A stretch of DNA of 63,092 nt, filler included, from Bigelowiella natans CCMP2755 (taxonomy: Eukaryota; Protista; Cercozoa), in the NCBI GenBank assembly GCA_000320545.1. It is 6 parts of 6 records of this genome, joined end to end, with 100 filler letters (N's around TTAATTAATTAA, not from the genome) between each part and the next. Parts side by side here need not be neighbours in the genome. Positions count along the whole stretch, not along the records: positions 21,335 to 43,899 come from ADNK01002475.1; positions 44,000 to 49,756 come from ADNK01000642.1; positions 49,857 to 60,627 come from ADNK01000357.1; 3 more parts are not named here. The stretch is one strand, 5' to 3'. Made by a program: the position numbers and the translations under genes. Numbering within the stretch: position 1 is the stretch's first letter; every line of letters starts with the position of its first letter. The notes under the pieces are model-generated. The model was not told the origin of the DNA. It did no database searches and saw only the letters and a list, made by a program, of their open reading frames with translations. Shown here piece after piece: positions 42,948 through 56,579 of this stretch.

Positions 42948-44410
42948 TACTACAACTAGCAGCGGCGCCCTCGGAAATCCCATCACAGCGACAGCGAGCA
43001 AGAGCACGGCCTTCCTGAGGAAGCGGCGGCCCACCCGCACCCTCGTGGCAGCGTTGAAGAGCCGCTTTGAGACCAATGGCGCCGGCGAGGATCGAGAGCT
43101 CCTCCTCCCCAACCCCCCCCGCCGCCACCGAACGCACTCTTCAATCTCGCCTTCTTCTTCTTACGGTGCTACCGCCGGCAGGGGTCGCCACCAGCGGAGC
43201 ACGACAGCGATGACTATGGTGAACGCTGATCAGGCGCCAATGAATGCGCTCAGGTCGGCGGCGGGGGAGGCCTCCTCCTCCTCCTCGTCAATCAGGCGCT
43301 CTCGATCGCACCCTCCGCCGCCCAAAAAGAGTGGAAAAGACGAGGAGGGGGGCGACACGAGGTCTTGCCGTCACCACAACCACCGCGATCCGAGGACCTT
43401 TGCGGTAGCAGCGGCGTCTTCAGAGAGTAATATCAGGCAAGAGGAGGTATATATATATAATGGCCGCATCATCGCTAGGGAGGAGATCTTATCATCGATC
43501 ACTCGTCGTTGTCTGACGTTTCTGCGACGCCGTGCGTTCGGTTGACTCCGTGCCCTTTTTTAAGCTGCCTTGTCTGATGATGATGAGTCTGACGACGATG
43601 ATGAGTGCATATGTGCAACAACTCAAACAACGACACGCCAAAAATAAATAGGATATGTTCGGGTTTCTGGATAAGATTTTGCCGATAAAGAGGGACTCGC
43701 CGCCGCCTGTGTTCAAGATAACGATGCTACAGTCCGCGCTGAAGCATGATCTCGGAGACTTATCATCGTGGGGGTATCTATCTCTCCGTGTACACCATTG
43801 CTGTGCGTTTGTCGTGTGTGAGTGTGTGTGTGGGGGGGGGGGGGGGGAGGAGGAGAGGAGAGAGAGAGAGAGAGAGAGTACGTACGTTCTTCAGAGACGN
43901 NNNNNNNNNNNNNNNNNNNNNNNNNNNNNNNNNNNNNNNNNNNTTAATTAATTAANNNNNNNNNNNNNNNNNNNNNNNNNNNNNNNNNNNNNNNNNNNNC
44001 GGCCATAATATCTCCTTCTTCCCAGGTGGCATTGGTGGTGCTCTTTGAGTTTTGCCTCATGCCGCTTTGCCAGAGGCAAGCAAAGGTCGGTTCCTTGCAA
44101 CCATTCCGTGTTAATCTCACTCTGTAGGATGATGATAGATGGATAGATAGATTATGATTAATAAAAAAAGGAAGATGGTGATGATGATGATGGTGGTGCT
44201 GGTGATGATGATGGTGATGATATGGCCAGGATCAGATAACAAGCCTACTGCACAAGGAAATGAATCGACTTCAAGAGGAGAAGAAGAAGAGAAAGGACGA
44301 TGGCTCTACTGCTGCTGCTGCTGAAGCTGTTAATTCAGAAGCCGACGGCGAAGATGAACAACCCGCGACAGCGACAGAAACTACTAGCGAGACGAAGAAA
44401 GACCGGTAGC
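27200..44410 (+). CDS. Very large soluble adenylate cyclase (ADCY10-like): two class III cyclase domains, RBD-like domain, STAND P-loop NTPase, two PH-like domains, low-complexity tail; may be more than one gene
   Basis: VLFADVSGFTKLSE...GGDVFKFAGDA (C1); ELRVITVLFVNL, GSLNKFLMDDKG, FGLPPLAHEND, YSILGDTVNLAARLM (C2); IISGGMGLGKT (Walker A, about 36530); VIMVDDA (Walker B, about 37565); NGNP; LDRLSYKAQMIIKIASLLG; PH-like WELKYIVLT...MEKWLDAI and YKKRFIML...YFWFHKIHDAI. Confidence 0.8.
43900..43999. other. Assembly gap
   Basis: N-run with TTAATTAATTAA spacer. Confidence 0.95.
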
Positions 44411-45339
44411 GCTCATAAACAACCGTCTAAGCGCTATGCATTTGATAGCTGTGGCTGCTGGTGACATGCATGATAAATGGCCGATGTAGTACAGCTTACA
44501 TGTTTAGCACGTACACATATATACTTGCGTCAGTCGTAGCATGGCGCGCTCATGGAACATACAGCATCGGGATTTTCACCACTGACAACTACGTACTACG
44601 CTAGCTAGATCTTGCGTCGCGTTATAATCGTTAAATGCAGGCTCAGCAATGAAGATCACTGTAAATAGATTGAAAGACGCTACGCATGACGACTACTTAC
44701 GCTTCTCTTCTACGTCTAATAGCATATAGCATGCATACAACGCGACAACGATATCGTGCGTTTAATCGCGCAACTATTATATACGTACATGTTCACAGTA
44801 AATCTATAGAAATACGAAGTGACATCGGCATCTAATCGAAATGATGCGCTTGCATCGTTCCTATTCAAACACGGTGCAGCACGAACGTGCTTTGCATGGC
44901 TCCAACAGCTATATGTACACGCTAAGCCTGTAGCCGCTGCTTTGGATAGCTACATTAGATCGACTATTAAAAAGATTTAATCACTTCATTACATCCGTCT
45001 CATATGTGCACGCTTACAATATGTGGCTTAACATACAAGCATCGCGAGAAAGTTGTTTATGCTATGTTGAAAACTGGAGTGACGAATCTAATAAAGTACA
45101 TGAATATTGTCACAATGCAGTCAATACAACAGATCCGACCGGAAAAAAAAACCACGAAATCGCAGTGCTATACAGGGAAAGCTTGGAACAACAACAACAA
45201 CAACAACACCTACTACTACTACTACTACTATCATAAGCGTATGTGCATTCAGAGCACAACAAAGACTATCTTCTATGACACAGGTCTTTCCCTGTCCATA
45301 GCATATGAAGGCTTTATCTCCTCGCCGCGTTCCTTCGCC

Positions 45340-46150
45340 TAAAGCAACAAGCAGAAAGCAAAAACAACCAAATTGGCGGGGCGAACTGATTCGGTACACT
45401 ACTCCGCACATTCAAATCGCCTTCTCTCCCCTCTTCCCAGCGAAGTAATTCATCGGAATAACAGCTACTGTTTCATTGATCCACTGCGGCTGCTACTGCA
45501 TTGATTCGCTTACCAGTTTTTCCATGAGCTTCCTGCGGCTGAGGGGCGCTCCTGGCTTTGGGCGCTTGAGTATTTCTTTCAGGCGAGGATCCGTTATTTC
45601 CCGTGCATACATCAGGTCTCTGTTGATGATTCATGACAACGACATTGATGATGATGAGGATGAGGATGAGGATGAGGATGGTGGTGGTGGCGGTGGCGAT
45701 CTGTAGCAGATACCGACGACGGTGTAAGCACACATGTACACACTACTACCCTATATCGTCGTCGTCATGTAGCCAGTCCGTCATCAGCTTCTGCCTCACT
45801 TTGCGTTTTCGCTCCTGAATGGTCAGTGATTGTCAATCGATAGACAGCAGTCGAGAGGAGGCGTATTAGTAGTGCCACAAGATGGTAGGCTCAATCGCCG
45901 CCGTGGTCGTTGTAATTATCTTAATACTTCCGTACGTGCGTGCGGTGCTGCTGTGCCCTCGCAGCTGCAGCAAGCTCTATTGCTATCACTATTTATTGTC
46001 GTCGTTGTTGTTATGTGCTTATTTTTCCTTCCCAAGACGACCTTGAGGAACTTGATTGCAGATCGAGACATCTTCCTTCTTCGGTACCTTATTGAATTAA
46101 TAATAAGAACGAAGGCCCTTTAGCAAGATAGGTGGGTTGTTGCTATAAGC

Positions 46151-46184
<34 letters not shown>

Positions 46185-46269
46185 CTGTCTTTATTACTCG
46201 TATGCGTTGTCCATCTGGGAGGAGATTGTACCTTGAATATCATGTATATTGCGTGTGTTTTGGCTGGTA

Positions 46270-46320
<51 letters not shown>

Positions 46321-46522
46321 CATTTATTTATTGTATTCAGTAGTAACGAGGGGTTCCAGATTGTTGCTTGTGTTGTCTGGCGGTCTTCATTATATCACGT
46401 ACCGGGATCGAGCCATAGACCATACTCCCCGTACCTTCATCGGATATATCATCCCGATGATGCAACAAGTAAACAAACGCAGCTCTCATTTTTGAAGCAA
46501 ATAAAACAGCAGTATTGTACTG

Positions 46523-46568
<46 letters not shown>

Positions 46569-46813
46569 CCCTCTTTGGCTTCCACCATCACTCGTTACAC
46601 ACAGGTTCCGGTCTTCGATTTCCTGATCTCGGTCAACGATGAGGTTGTCGCCGAACTGAATAGCAGGCCATATTGATAATGATGATGATGATGAGGAGGA
46701 GGAGGAGGAAGATCCAGCGTGAGGAATGTGGAGATCATGAATAAATAAAGGTGGGCAGATAGGTTATATACAAATTTGATTACATACGCACAGAGCACAC
46801 ACATGCATACAAT

Positions 46814-46857
<44 letters not shown>

Positions 46858-47059
46858 ATAATATATATGTCTCTTGTATTATATGATACATTCAATACAA
46901 AATAGTGTGTAATAATCATCGTCATCATCATTATCTTCTTCATCATCGTGGGGAGCAGCAAGAATGAACGTTTTTCTTCAAAAACGCAAGCTATATATTA
47001 CATTGGTGTACTTCCACTTTTCGCGGCTTTCTTCAGCCTGCTTCTCGAGGATCTGTTAC

Positions 47060-47119
<60 letters not shown>

Positions 47120-47121
47120 GA

Positions 47122-47173
<52 letters not shown>

Positions 47174-47256
47174 CCTACGCGCTACCAGTTGCCATAAACA
47201 ATACTATTCTTCTCTGCAATACCTACTTTACTTAATGTGTATTCTTTCCTCATTCC

Positions 47257-47289
<33 letters not shown>

Positions 47290-47711
47290 TCCGCTGCTTT
47301 CTAGAGCTGTGAGAGAGGAGGAGGAGCATGCACATGTATGTGCTCGTCGTAGGAGCTGCTGGGGCTCTATCCGCCCTCCTCCGTGCATGCGCACCTGACG
47401 TCTTGCATCGTCAGGCATTTTCTCTTCATGGGCAGGACGCTCATAGTAGCCATCCTGAAAAAAAGAGGAAAAGCCACGGCAGCTTACATCGACTCTCAAC
47501 CGACAGGATCGATTTCTAACACAGTGCCATTTTTTTGATGATGCTGTCGTCGTTGTCGTTATTATTGTCAAACATTGCAGCAAAGACAAGACGCACCATA
47601 TCAACAAGCTCTTTCTTCTTCCGATCGAATTCCTTCATCTCTGGGTCTATAGGAGCAGCAGCAGTAGTAGTAGTAGTAGTGGTAGTCAGTGACACTACCA
47701 TCACCGATAGT

Positions 47712-47746
<35 letters not shown>

Positions 47747-49239
47747 TTGTGTTGGGACTGCTACTGCTACTGCGTATTGATTCCTATCAGCAGATGAAGG
47801 GAAACACAAGCTAGAAGAATGCAATGATGCAGCCAATTCGTACTCTATATTTGAGCAAAGATTAGTTCTATCTTGTAAGACATCTGTTTCTTCTTCTTCT
47901 TTTTCTTCTCTTTGCACATCGGCAGGGTCGATGATGTGTTATTGATTGCGGCGGCCATATGGCCAATGATGTGTTGTTATATTTTGCCTGCAAGGAAAGC
48001 TATTCTCGCAGGGTCGTTCTCATCAAGGCACCCTGCGAATTGCTACAGAGAAAGGTGAGAGAGAGAGAGGGAGAGAGAGAAAGAGAAAGAGAGGAGCAGC
48101 AGCAAACAGCAGTATCTTAATATAATAAGATCCCAAATCATCATTTGGGAAAGAAATCTCGTGAAGCATTCAAAGGGCAAGCACACATCATCAAACCGCC
48201 TATGCTCCATGCACGTTTTAGCACTCGGCAGGAAAACTACGCAAAATGAGAAAAACATAGCGACAAATGCCTCTCTCCCCCCCCTCTTGATTGTACTATT
48301 ACAAATATAGCGTATATCCCTTGCATCATCATCATCGATCATCATCATCATCATCGATCATCATGCAGTACACACCTGCAATATTAGTTGGTCGCGTGTT
48401 TTCACAGTCTTGTTGGCACCTCCAGCCTTCCTCTCCTGCTCCAATTCCTGCTGCTGCTTCTTCTTTACAATTTTTCTCTGCGAATGTTATCGCGCGCAGA
48501 GGAGGGGGGGGAGAGAGGATGGGTACTTATAATATGCTACACATTGAGTACGAAAGTTTTCGCAGCACCAATTAATCGAGAAACAAGCTACCATTTTCTC
48601 AAGCTCCTCCTTGTTCTGCAAGCTCATCTGATGTGCAAGGAAAAAAATAAATAGTAAGTACTTGTGACAAGAAGAGTGAGAGGAGGAGGAGGAGGAGGAG
48701 GAGGAGGAGGAGGAGGAGGAATAGTATCTGAAGGATGATTCCGAGGAGTTCTCTTAGTACTGCCGCCCTCCCTGTCTTTCATATCTCCCCTCCATAGTCT
48801 CCCTCCCCCCCCCTCCTCATTCTCTCCCGCATGAAGTAGCAGCACCCGCCGTGAGTAATCTCCAATCGTTGGCCCTCTGCCATACCCTTATATATATAGC
48901 AGCAGCAGTAGCAGCAGTAACAGTAGTAGTAGTGGCAGGGTGAGTGTTCATCATTAGTTGGTGAGGAAGTAGTAGCATACGAGAGAAACGATGAGGAGAT
49001 GACGTGATATTACTTGCCTCCTTGCAAGAGGAGTAAGTTTGAATCATATTATGTGCGTATTTAAGAAGGGCCTGTGTGTGGTTTGTGTGCGCGCGTGTGT
49101 GTTGTGTGCGCATTTTGTCTGTGCGTGTTGTGTGTGTGAAGAATCACCGGCCACTTCTGGGTCCATCTGCGGGTTCCTGCTCCTCCAATGCCGCTAATGA
49201 AGATGAGTCGTATCGTGAGGATAATGCTGCTGACGATTG

Positions 49240-49293
<54 letters not shown>

Positions 49294-49309
49294 TTACAAC
49301 AACAACAAT

Positions 49310-49342
<33 letters not shown>

Positions 49343-49630
49343 CCTTTTACCAGGTAGTGAGACTCTCCAACGACAACTGCATACTCAACGGGCTGCTCCG
49401 AAAACTTCTCCCCGTCCCTGATATTAGCAGAATCGCTCGTGAATCGAAGATACGTTTGAGGAATATACGCATGCTTCAGTGTGAAGACACAGAGAAAGGG
49501 GGAGGAGAACCAACAATATACGATTCGAGAGCGTACAGCAAACAGAGCAACATCATTCGGTGGTAAATACCATAGCCATAAGGCCGCGTCCATAGGTAAA
49601 TGCTCCTTCCAGTTCTCCAGTACCTTCATA
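45340..49630 (-). CDS. Multi-exon hypothetical protein, probably membrane-associated; 5' end probably in the gap
   Basis: Chain of minus-strand exons ([18 protein letters not shown]..., [70 protein letters not shown]) between microsatellite introns. Confidence 0.5.
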
Positions 49631-49637
49631 TCGTTGC

Positions 49638-49668
<31 letters not shown>

Positions 49669-49756
49669 TGTGTGTGTGTTGTGAAGGTCCTCTATAAAAT
49701 ACAACTGACAAAGTGACTAAACAGAATCACACACACACACACACACACACACACAC

Positions 49757-49856
49757 NNNNNNNNNNNNNNNNNNNNNNNNNNNNNNNNNNNNNNNNNNNN
49801 TTAATTAATTAANNNNNNNNNNNNNNNNNNNNNNNNNNNNNNNNNNNNNNNNNNNN
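49757..49856. other. Assembly gap
   Basis: N-run with TTAATTAATTAA spacer. Confidence 0.95.
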
Positions 49857-49977
49857 GTGTAGGGAGGGGGTGGGGGGGGGGGGCTGAACTGATGGTGATA
49901 GTGAATGATATTGATAATGCGGGGGGATGTGGCCTTGTAAATCCCCACTACTGCTTTTACCTGATTGTTTCTCCCAG

Positions 49978-50784
49978 CTAATGAATTGCAAACACCCTCC
50001 CCCATACACACGTTACGCACACCAGGGGCACAAACCAATTTACTACATAAAATTCTGTCTCTGTCTCCCCCTCTCGCACAACACAACACAACACAACACG
50101 CCTACCAAAGGGGGGAACGGCGACCTCGATCGGGCGTTATCTCAACTATCGACAGCACAACCACACCCGCCTCTGCGTGGTAGATCCCGAGGACTCCGTT
50201 TTCTACGAGTGCTTTCAAACGAGAGATCGCTCGGTGACCTTGCAGCCGAAGGAGCATGGAGGACGTGCTGGCAGCAGGATAGAGGGGATTGGCCGCCCAC
50301 GTGTGGAACCCTCATTTCGTCCCGACGTCATCGATCGCATGCAGCGCGTTCCTGACGCCGCGAGCTTGGCGGCCATGCGCTTCCTCCGGTCTCTCAAGGG
50401 ACGGGGAAGGGGGGGGGGGGGGGAAAGCGTGGATGGGATGATGCTGCTATAGAATTTCAGCGAGCGGTGTGAGTGGCATTTGGTGGTTGTGGCTTTTTCC
50501 CCTTCGTCGTTGTCCTTACCACCTCCCCCCGATACCTTGCGACCTATTCATCCCAGGAATCTGCTCGGGCCGACAGGTCCCGTCCCCGGTGCTTCAACGG
50601 GGACGAACATGTACGGTTGTATGACTCTCATAGACGAGATGCGGGGCCGTGGCGAGGGGGGGACAAGCATTGTTACGCTGTTGTGCGACGATGGAAGGCG
50701 CTATGAGAATACGTACGTTCAGCTAATTTTGTCGTTACTTCGTGTTTGCAGCCAGCAACCGATGCATCCCATTGTTCTCATATC

Positions 50785-50825
<41 letters not shown>

Positions 50826-51238
50826 AAATACACACACACACACACTCACTCACTCACTCACTCTCACACACACACCCACACATTTCAATCTTTCTATCAG
50901 AAACACGCGAATGTATATGTTATTAATGCAAATTGTGTACGCGCAATCACTGATGTGAACGTGCCGGGATCATTCACTGAAGTCACATTTTTTTCATAAA
51001 ATATGTTTGCCTTTGTCCTCGCACACAAATGATTGGGAAAATCTCATGCTTGCCCAACGAATGAAGGTATTACTGCGACAAGTGGCTACGTGAGCAAGGA
51101 CTGGACATTGACCCATATCTGGAGCAAATCACGGAATTTTGGGAAACAGGGAGGCTACCAGCAAAGGTCAATAGTTCGGCCTCTCAGCTGTCGCGTCATA
51201 GTTCAATCCAGTCACATCCCCCCATTTCCGGCCTTTGA
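49978..51238 (+). CDS. PLP-dependent cysteine synthase-family enzyme of the bacterial Cds1 (cysteine desulfhydrase-like) type; N-terminus missing
   Basis: GTATSIGRYLNY, VVDPEDSVFY, GSRIEGIGRPRVEPSFRPDVIDRMQRVPDAASLAAM, GASTGTN, SIVTLLCDDGRRYENTYYCDKWLREQGLDIDPY. Confidence 0.85.
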
Positions 51239-51786
51239 CTAATCCAGTGATTTGGCAATTACTAGACAACATTGCGAGTTTCCTCGCACGCCATATAGTT
51301 TTCAAAATGTTGTTACGCACGAATGAAGGCCACATTGGTCTTTATGATTCTGCATTGCGCATAGATTGTAAGCAATCCTTAATGAAAGGTGCGTGCCCAA
51401 TTACATGATGATCGTCGCGTCAATGTGCATCGCAGCCTATGTGAAGTAGCCACTGTATTCTATGTGGTACTGTTATACAGTGCTCGCTTGCGCAGCACCA
51501 TCAATACAAGGGAGATAGCTCTCTGCTAGAGTAGCTAGTGCTTTAAGACGTAATAGAAGATCATTTCACATAACTCAGGCATTCCAATGGGTCACTGAAT
51601 CGTTGGGTACAGCAGGCGAGCATGCATCGGAAAAGATCGAAGCGTTCATGCACGTGAGCACGCTCTGGAGTCGATGCCAAGCAAACCACATCATTTATGT
51701 TTTGCGGATATGAGATCACATGTCGAACATGATGAGCACACGCTTTATTAGTGACCACTCTCGTCGGCCATGCGAACATTCTCGGA

Positions 51787-52633
51787 TCATGGCGAGTCAA
51801 TCACTTGATCCTTCCACTCCGGATTTTTCCTCAAAAATGTGGCGATATAGGTACAAGTTGGAATGATCTTGAGCGACTGTGCTTTCGCATACTGGAATGC
51901 TGCAAGGACCACTTTACCGGCCAAACCCTTACCGCTACAGTTGTTCACAAGGTATAGTTTTTAGGATATTATGGTGCACATATTTATCATGAAATGACGC
52001 ACACAAGTCATCCGTTTCAGTTTGCTAATATCACATACAAGGCATCCCCCCCTCTTTGCTAGAAATCAGAACTACCAAGGTACACGATTGCATAAGAGGA
52101 GGGGTGTCGTGCGAGATCACCACATGAATTTGCATGCGACAATAAAGTTGGATGTGTCCAAGAGCAGTGATGACAAAGAGTTATTACCGGTGATCTGTTT
52201 CCGTGACGGTGTGCTGGAGGTCCATTGTTTTTTCTTTCAGGTCGATTTCATACCTGAGAAAGCAAGTTGAATCTCAACAGCTGCCGCCGCATTTCGAAGG
52301 TTGCAACTCGCACTCACTGCACGTATGCGGCGACTTTTCCGTCTATGACAATCTGGAATTCCTTCACTTTGGCGTTGTGGACTGGTGATGCGAGCTCGTA
52401 CATGGTCTGATGAAGGAGTTTGGGATCCTGAGTACAGCACAGTAAGAAGATCGAGGAGAAGAACGATTTATTTTTCACGTCGCTCACTTCACCGGCTTTG
52501 AGGATTCCTTTTTCTGCGATTTCTTCTGATCGCTGAGAAGCAGCGGCGCGCTGCGTTTCCGAGAGTGCTTCACAGAGGAGGAGGGGAAGGAGTAGGACGA
52601 GGACGACGGCGACGGCTTTGGGTCAGAGGCCAT
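51787..52633 (-). CDS. NATD1/YjdJ-type GNAT N-acetyltransferase
   Basis: VHNAKVKEFQIVIDGKVAAYVQ-YEIDLKEKTMDLQHTVTETDHR-GKGLAGKVVLAAFQYAKAQSLKIIPTCTYIATFLRKNPEW (GxGxA and CxY motifs). Confidence 0.82.
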
Positions 52634-52912
52634 CCAACCCGGCCCGGCTCTCTTTGGTATGTCGGAATGCAAGGACCAGGAAAGAAATTGCACGACGATT
52701 TTCCCCAGTTTGCTTCCTTCTCCCTTGTCGCAGTGGAAGGACCCTCGACCATTCAGCGTCTTTCATTCTTGCGAAAACGCCATGAATTTCGGTCGTAAAT
52801 GGCCCAATTGGGCCTGGCGTAGGCCTGAAACCCCAGGTGTTCACTATTTTCTTTTGGCTCTCCCAACCCGGAAACAAGCGTGCCACGTGGCGGTGGGCAG
52901 GGCATCCAAACG

Positions 52913-53767
52913 ATGGGCGCTCTAGTCGCTTTATCCCTCCTCCTCTCCCTCCTCCATTCACATGCGCACACTCAACTTGTGCTAAGACCGGGGGCTGGGT
53001 ACACAGGATTCAAAATCGGCCAGTCTTTGCCATCGCGCCGATCGATGGTGCTCTCCCAAACGATTCGAACGAGTCTGAAGGAGTCGGGCTCAGAACCTAC
53101 TCCCGAGGCACAGAGGGGCAGGTTTTTGGAGCGCCTGCGGAGGAGGCCTGTAGATGGAAATTACGAGGTCTGTTAAGGATAGAATCATGCATAGGGAAAA
53201 ATCACGCTGCGAACTGGGATTTGCTCAGCATCTCGATTTCCTGCACAAGTGGAGGACGCCTTGTCATTATCATGCAGTAACTTATTTCTTCGTTACGTTT
53301 ATCAGGTGACAAAGGAAGACATAACTAAGCTACAAGGAGAGTTGAAGAAGTGCAAGCTGGAAGTCAATGTCGGGGATGTCCGAACACGGAAGGAGGCATT
53401 TCGCCTCACCCAGAAAGCCAGAATGTACAATATTATCAATCGCTACGTCGGCAACCCGTGGATTGGAATTGCGTCTGCCCTTATCATATGCGGAGGGGCA
53501 ATGTTCGAGGCCTTCGAGGCAGTCGAGAGTTTGGAAGAAGGCTGGCATAAGGGCATTAACAAAAGTGCACTCGGCCTTGCGATTATCGCAATTGGCCACT
53601 TTATGCACTATTTCAAAGAGCTCTTAAAAGAGTTTATTGAACTAGACGAAGCCTTCCTCAATAAGCAGAAACAGAACGACCTCGACCAGTTGAAACCCTC
53701 TAGGATGTCCGGAGGCAGTCAAGAGAAAATGCCGCCCTCCACCCTCCAAGGTGGATTAGGAATTTAG
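52913..53767 (+). CDS. Probable plastid-targeted membrane protein (exons 52913-53167, 53306-53767)
   Basis: Signal peptide MGALVALSLLLSLLHSHA plus R/S-rich transit-like region; two hydrophobic segments in exon 2. Confidence 0.65.
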
Positions 53768-54358
53768 GCAGTCAAGAGAAGATGTCTCCCTCTACAACAC
53801 ATGCTCTCAAAAGTGAAACGGGGAATCATGAAGCAAAGTTGCTAAATACTAGCACAAATTGGTATGGAGAAGCTGCAATGAAAGTGCAAGCAGAGATGCA
53901 CGTTGCCAAATGAATTCGTTGCAATTCAATATCTGATGTTCACGAATCATTCCGCAGATTCTTTCAATTTGTTGTTGAAGACAAGTGTACAGGTTCCAAC
54001 AAATGAGCATGATGGAATTCGTCCAAACTGTCGTCAGTGGTACGTCTGCTGGCGCGTTCATGCGTGGTGCAAAGCAGCGGCGACTTGCACATAAATGCGC
54101 GACAACATATGAACAACAAATGAACGAATTTTGTTGAACAGATTTTTGACTGCATGCTCGCTACAAAGCTCGATTGTACAAAAATGTTGTTTTGCTTTTT
54201 CATTACTGCATGTGAATGGCCAAAATGCAAGCGCCATTAAATCGTCATCACAAATAGAAAAGTGCATGTGCGTCGCTGATGGATGAGAAGATGATGATGT
54301 TCTTCTCACATCAAATGCAAATGCAAAATAAATACTACACTACTTCTCGCAAATAAAA

Positions 54359-56301
54359 TCAAATTTGAACATCTTGGGTTGGTAATGGGTTGTGACTAGA
54401 TGTGTTTTGAGTGGATTCTTTCAAATTTTTAGAATCTCTTGACTTTTCCCTTGACTTTTCCATCCTTACACCCGATCTGGATGTTCGCCCTTTTGTCCAA
54501 GTAACTTTTCCAAGTTCCCAGTCCTTCTTCTCCTTTCGACGCTTGATTTCAGCCACACGCTTATCATGCATTTTTGCATTTCGCACCATCTCATCCCAAT
54601 CTGGGTAAGCGTGTGCTCCAAAATATCCATAATCGTTTCCGACTAATTCATCTTGTTCATTTATGCGAACGGTTCCCAAGATGTATTTCTGAGGCAACAA
54701 TAAAAGTAACATTGCCACTGCAGTCAAACCTGCTATTGCCAAGAATCCTGCAATTTGAACTCCAAGTTGACGGCCTACATTAAAATCTGAGATGTAATCT
54801 TCCCCGTATGCCCTAATGACGAGTGTTTCTTGCGAGAGTAAGCCTGCCAAGAGTAATCCCAAGGCTCCACACAGGCCATGTACAGATATTGCATCAACAG
54901 GATCATCAATCCTCATCGAGGCGATTCCGGTACTTCCTAGTTTGTACACAGGTGCTGCCAAAATCCCACAAATAATTGCACCCCAACCTGACACAGTTGC
55001 ACACCCTGCTGTGACCGTAACCAGACCAGCAAGGGCAGCGTTCATCACGTCAAACAATGAAAACTTCCCTGGCATCAGCGCACCAATCATACTCATGGTC
55101 AATATTGACGCACTGGTTGCTAGGCTAGTGTTGAATAAACAAGTAGATGCGACAACAAATCGGCCATCGGAGACTCCAAGTGTACTCCCTGCATTAAAAC
55201 CATACCATCCAAACCATAGTAACAATGTTCCAACGAATGACATCATCACGGAATGTCCCCTCGGTTTCTTATCCACCCATTTGAGCGCTTCATAATCATA
55301 TACAAATCTTGAAAGTCTTGGTCCAACAATTATTGAACCAACCAGAGCAGCCATACCACCACCAAGATGTACAACCCCGGATCCTATATCAATAGCGATA
55401 CACTATCATGTAATGGTTTTGCATTATCATGAAATGTTTTGAGCTCATCCTAATATTACCCGCGAAATCAATGAAGCCGATTTCGAACAACCATCCATTT
55501 GTCGCATAAGCCCAGTGAAAATAAATTGGAAATAAGAGCCAACCCATGACAATGCTTATTGTAACATAAGTACGCAGAAGAATGCGTCCTGCAACAGCCC
55601 CTGATACAATCGTAGCTGATGTGGCTGCAAAGGCCCTGCCATAAGTATCCATTAGTTGTGTTCTCGTATTGCGCTATGTGTACGTGCATTAAGATACCAG
55701 GAAAAGAAAAGAAGCGTCCAATCACTTCCGGGTTCACTAAAGGCCTCACTCCCATCCCCCGCGAATGCATCTCCGGTGCTAGTTGAGAGTGAATATCCGA
55801 ACGACCACCTAAACAAAGTTTTTTCCTCAGGGGCTTCATGTTGTTTTCTATGAAATTTTTGGCATTTTGATATTTTAATTCTCGAGCTCCACAATAAAGA
55901 ATTACCATCCTATTGAGACAATGGAGATATCGAGAAGATTTTTGAAGAGGATAGATTGACTGTTAATTGATTCGATGGAACCAGCTTCTAGTAATCCAAA
56001 TCCCAATTGCATTACAAAGACCTAACAAATGCGCTGTTAGCTGTGCGAAGTTACTTAACAGAAATGCTAGTATGTAATGAAAGCCAATTTATGGATTACA
56101 AATACCAAGACTCCAGATAATAATGTCCAGACAGCATCGACAGCTGAATGTACGTCCTCATCTCATTACATGATCATTGAACAGTGGACACGACGAAGAA
56201 GACCAACCTTCAGGACGTGTGTGTCCTGCGTCTTGCAAATGCTGAGTGATTGCTGCCTGGATTGCATTGTCCAACTGGGTCTGATTGATAGCAGTTGCCA
56301 T
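54359..56301 (-). CDS. AMT: Ammonium transporter (Amt family)
   Basis: MQLGFGLLEAG, WSFGYSL, FAATSATIVSGAVAGR, DFAGSGVVHLGGG, LLWFGWYGFNAGS, DDPVDAISVHGLCG; both conserved pore histidines present. Confidence 0.95.
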
Positions 56302-56579
56302 GATAGGGAAGGTGTGGGAATGCTCTGAAGCGAGGTACAACACAAGCTGGCGTTTGGTCCAAAAAAACGGCAGGAGATCTTCACGGATTGTCGCTGGTAC
56401 AAAATGCAAGCCGGTTTCTCCCAAGAAAAGCTCACATGGGCACCAAGGAAGTAAAAAGCCTCTGGCAGCACTAACTGCATGCTTCGTCCGCCTAGTCTGA
56501 GGCACGACGGGCGCCTAGAAGAAAATGCCCAGCTAAACCCCCTCGGCCCGAACCATGCGATGCGAAGCACTACGTGCGG

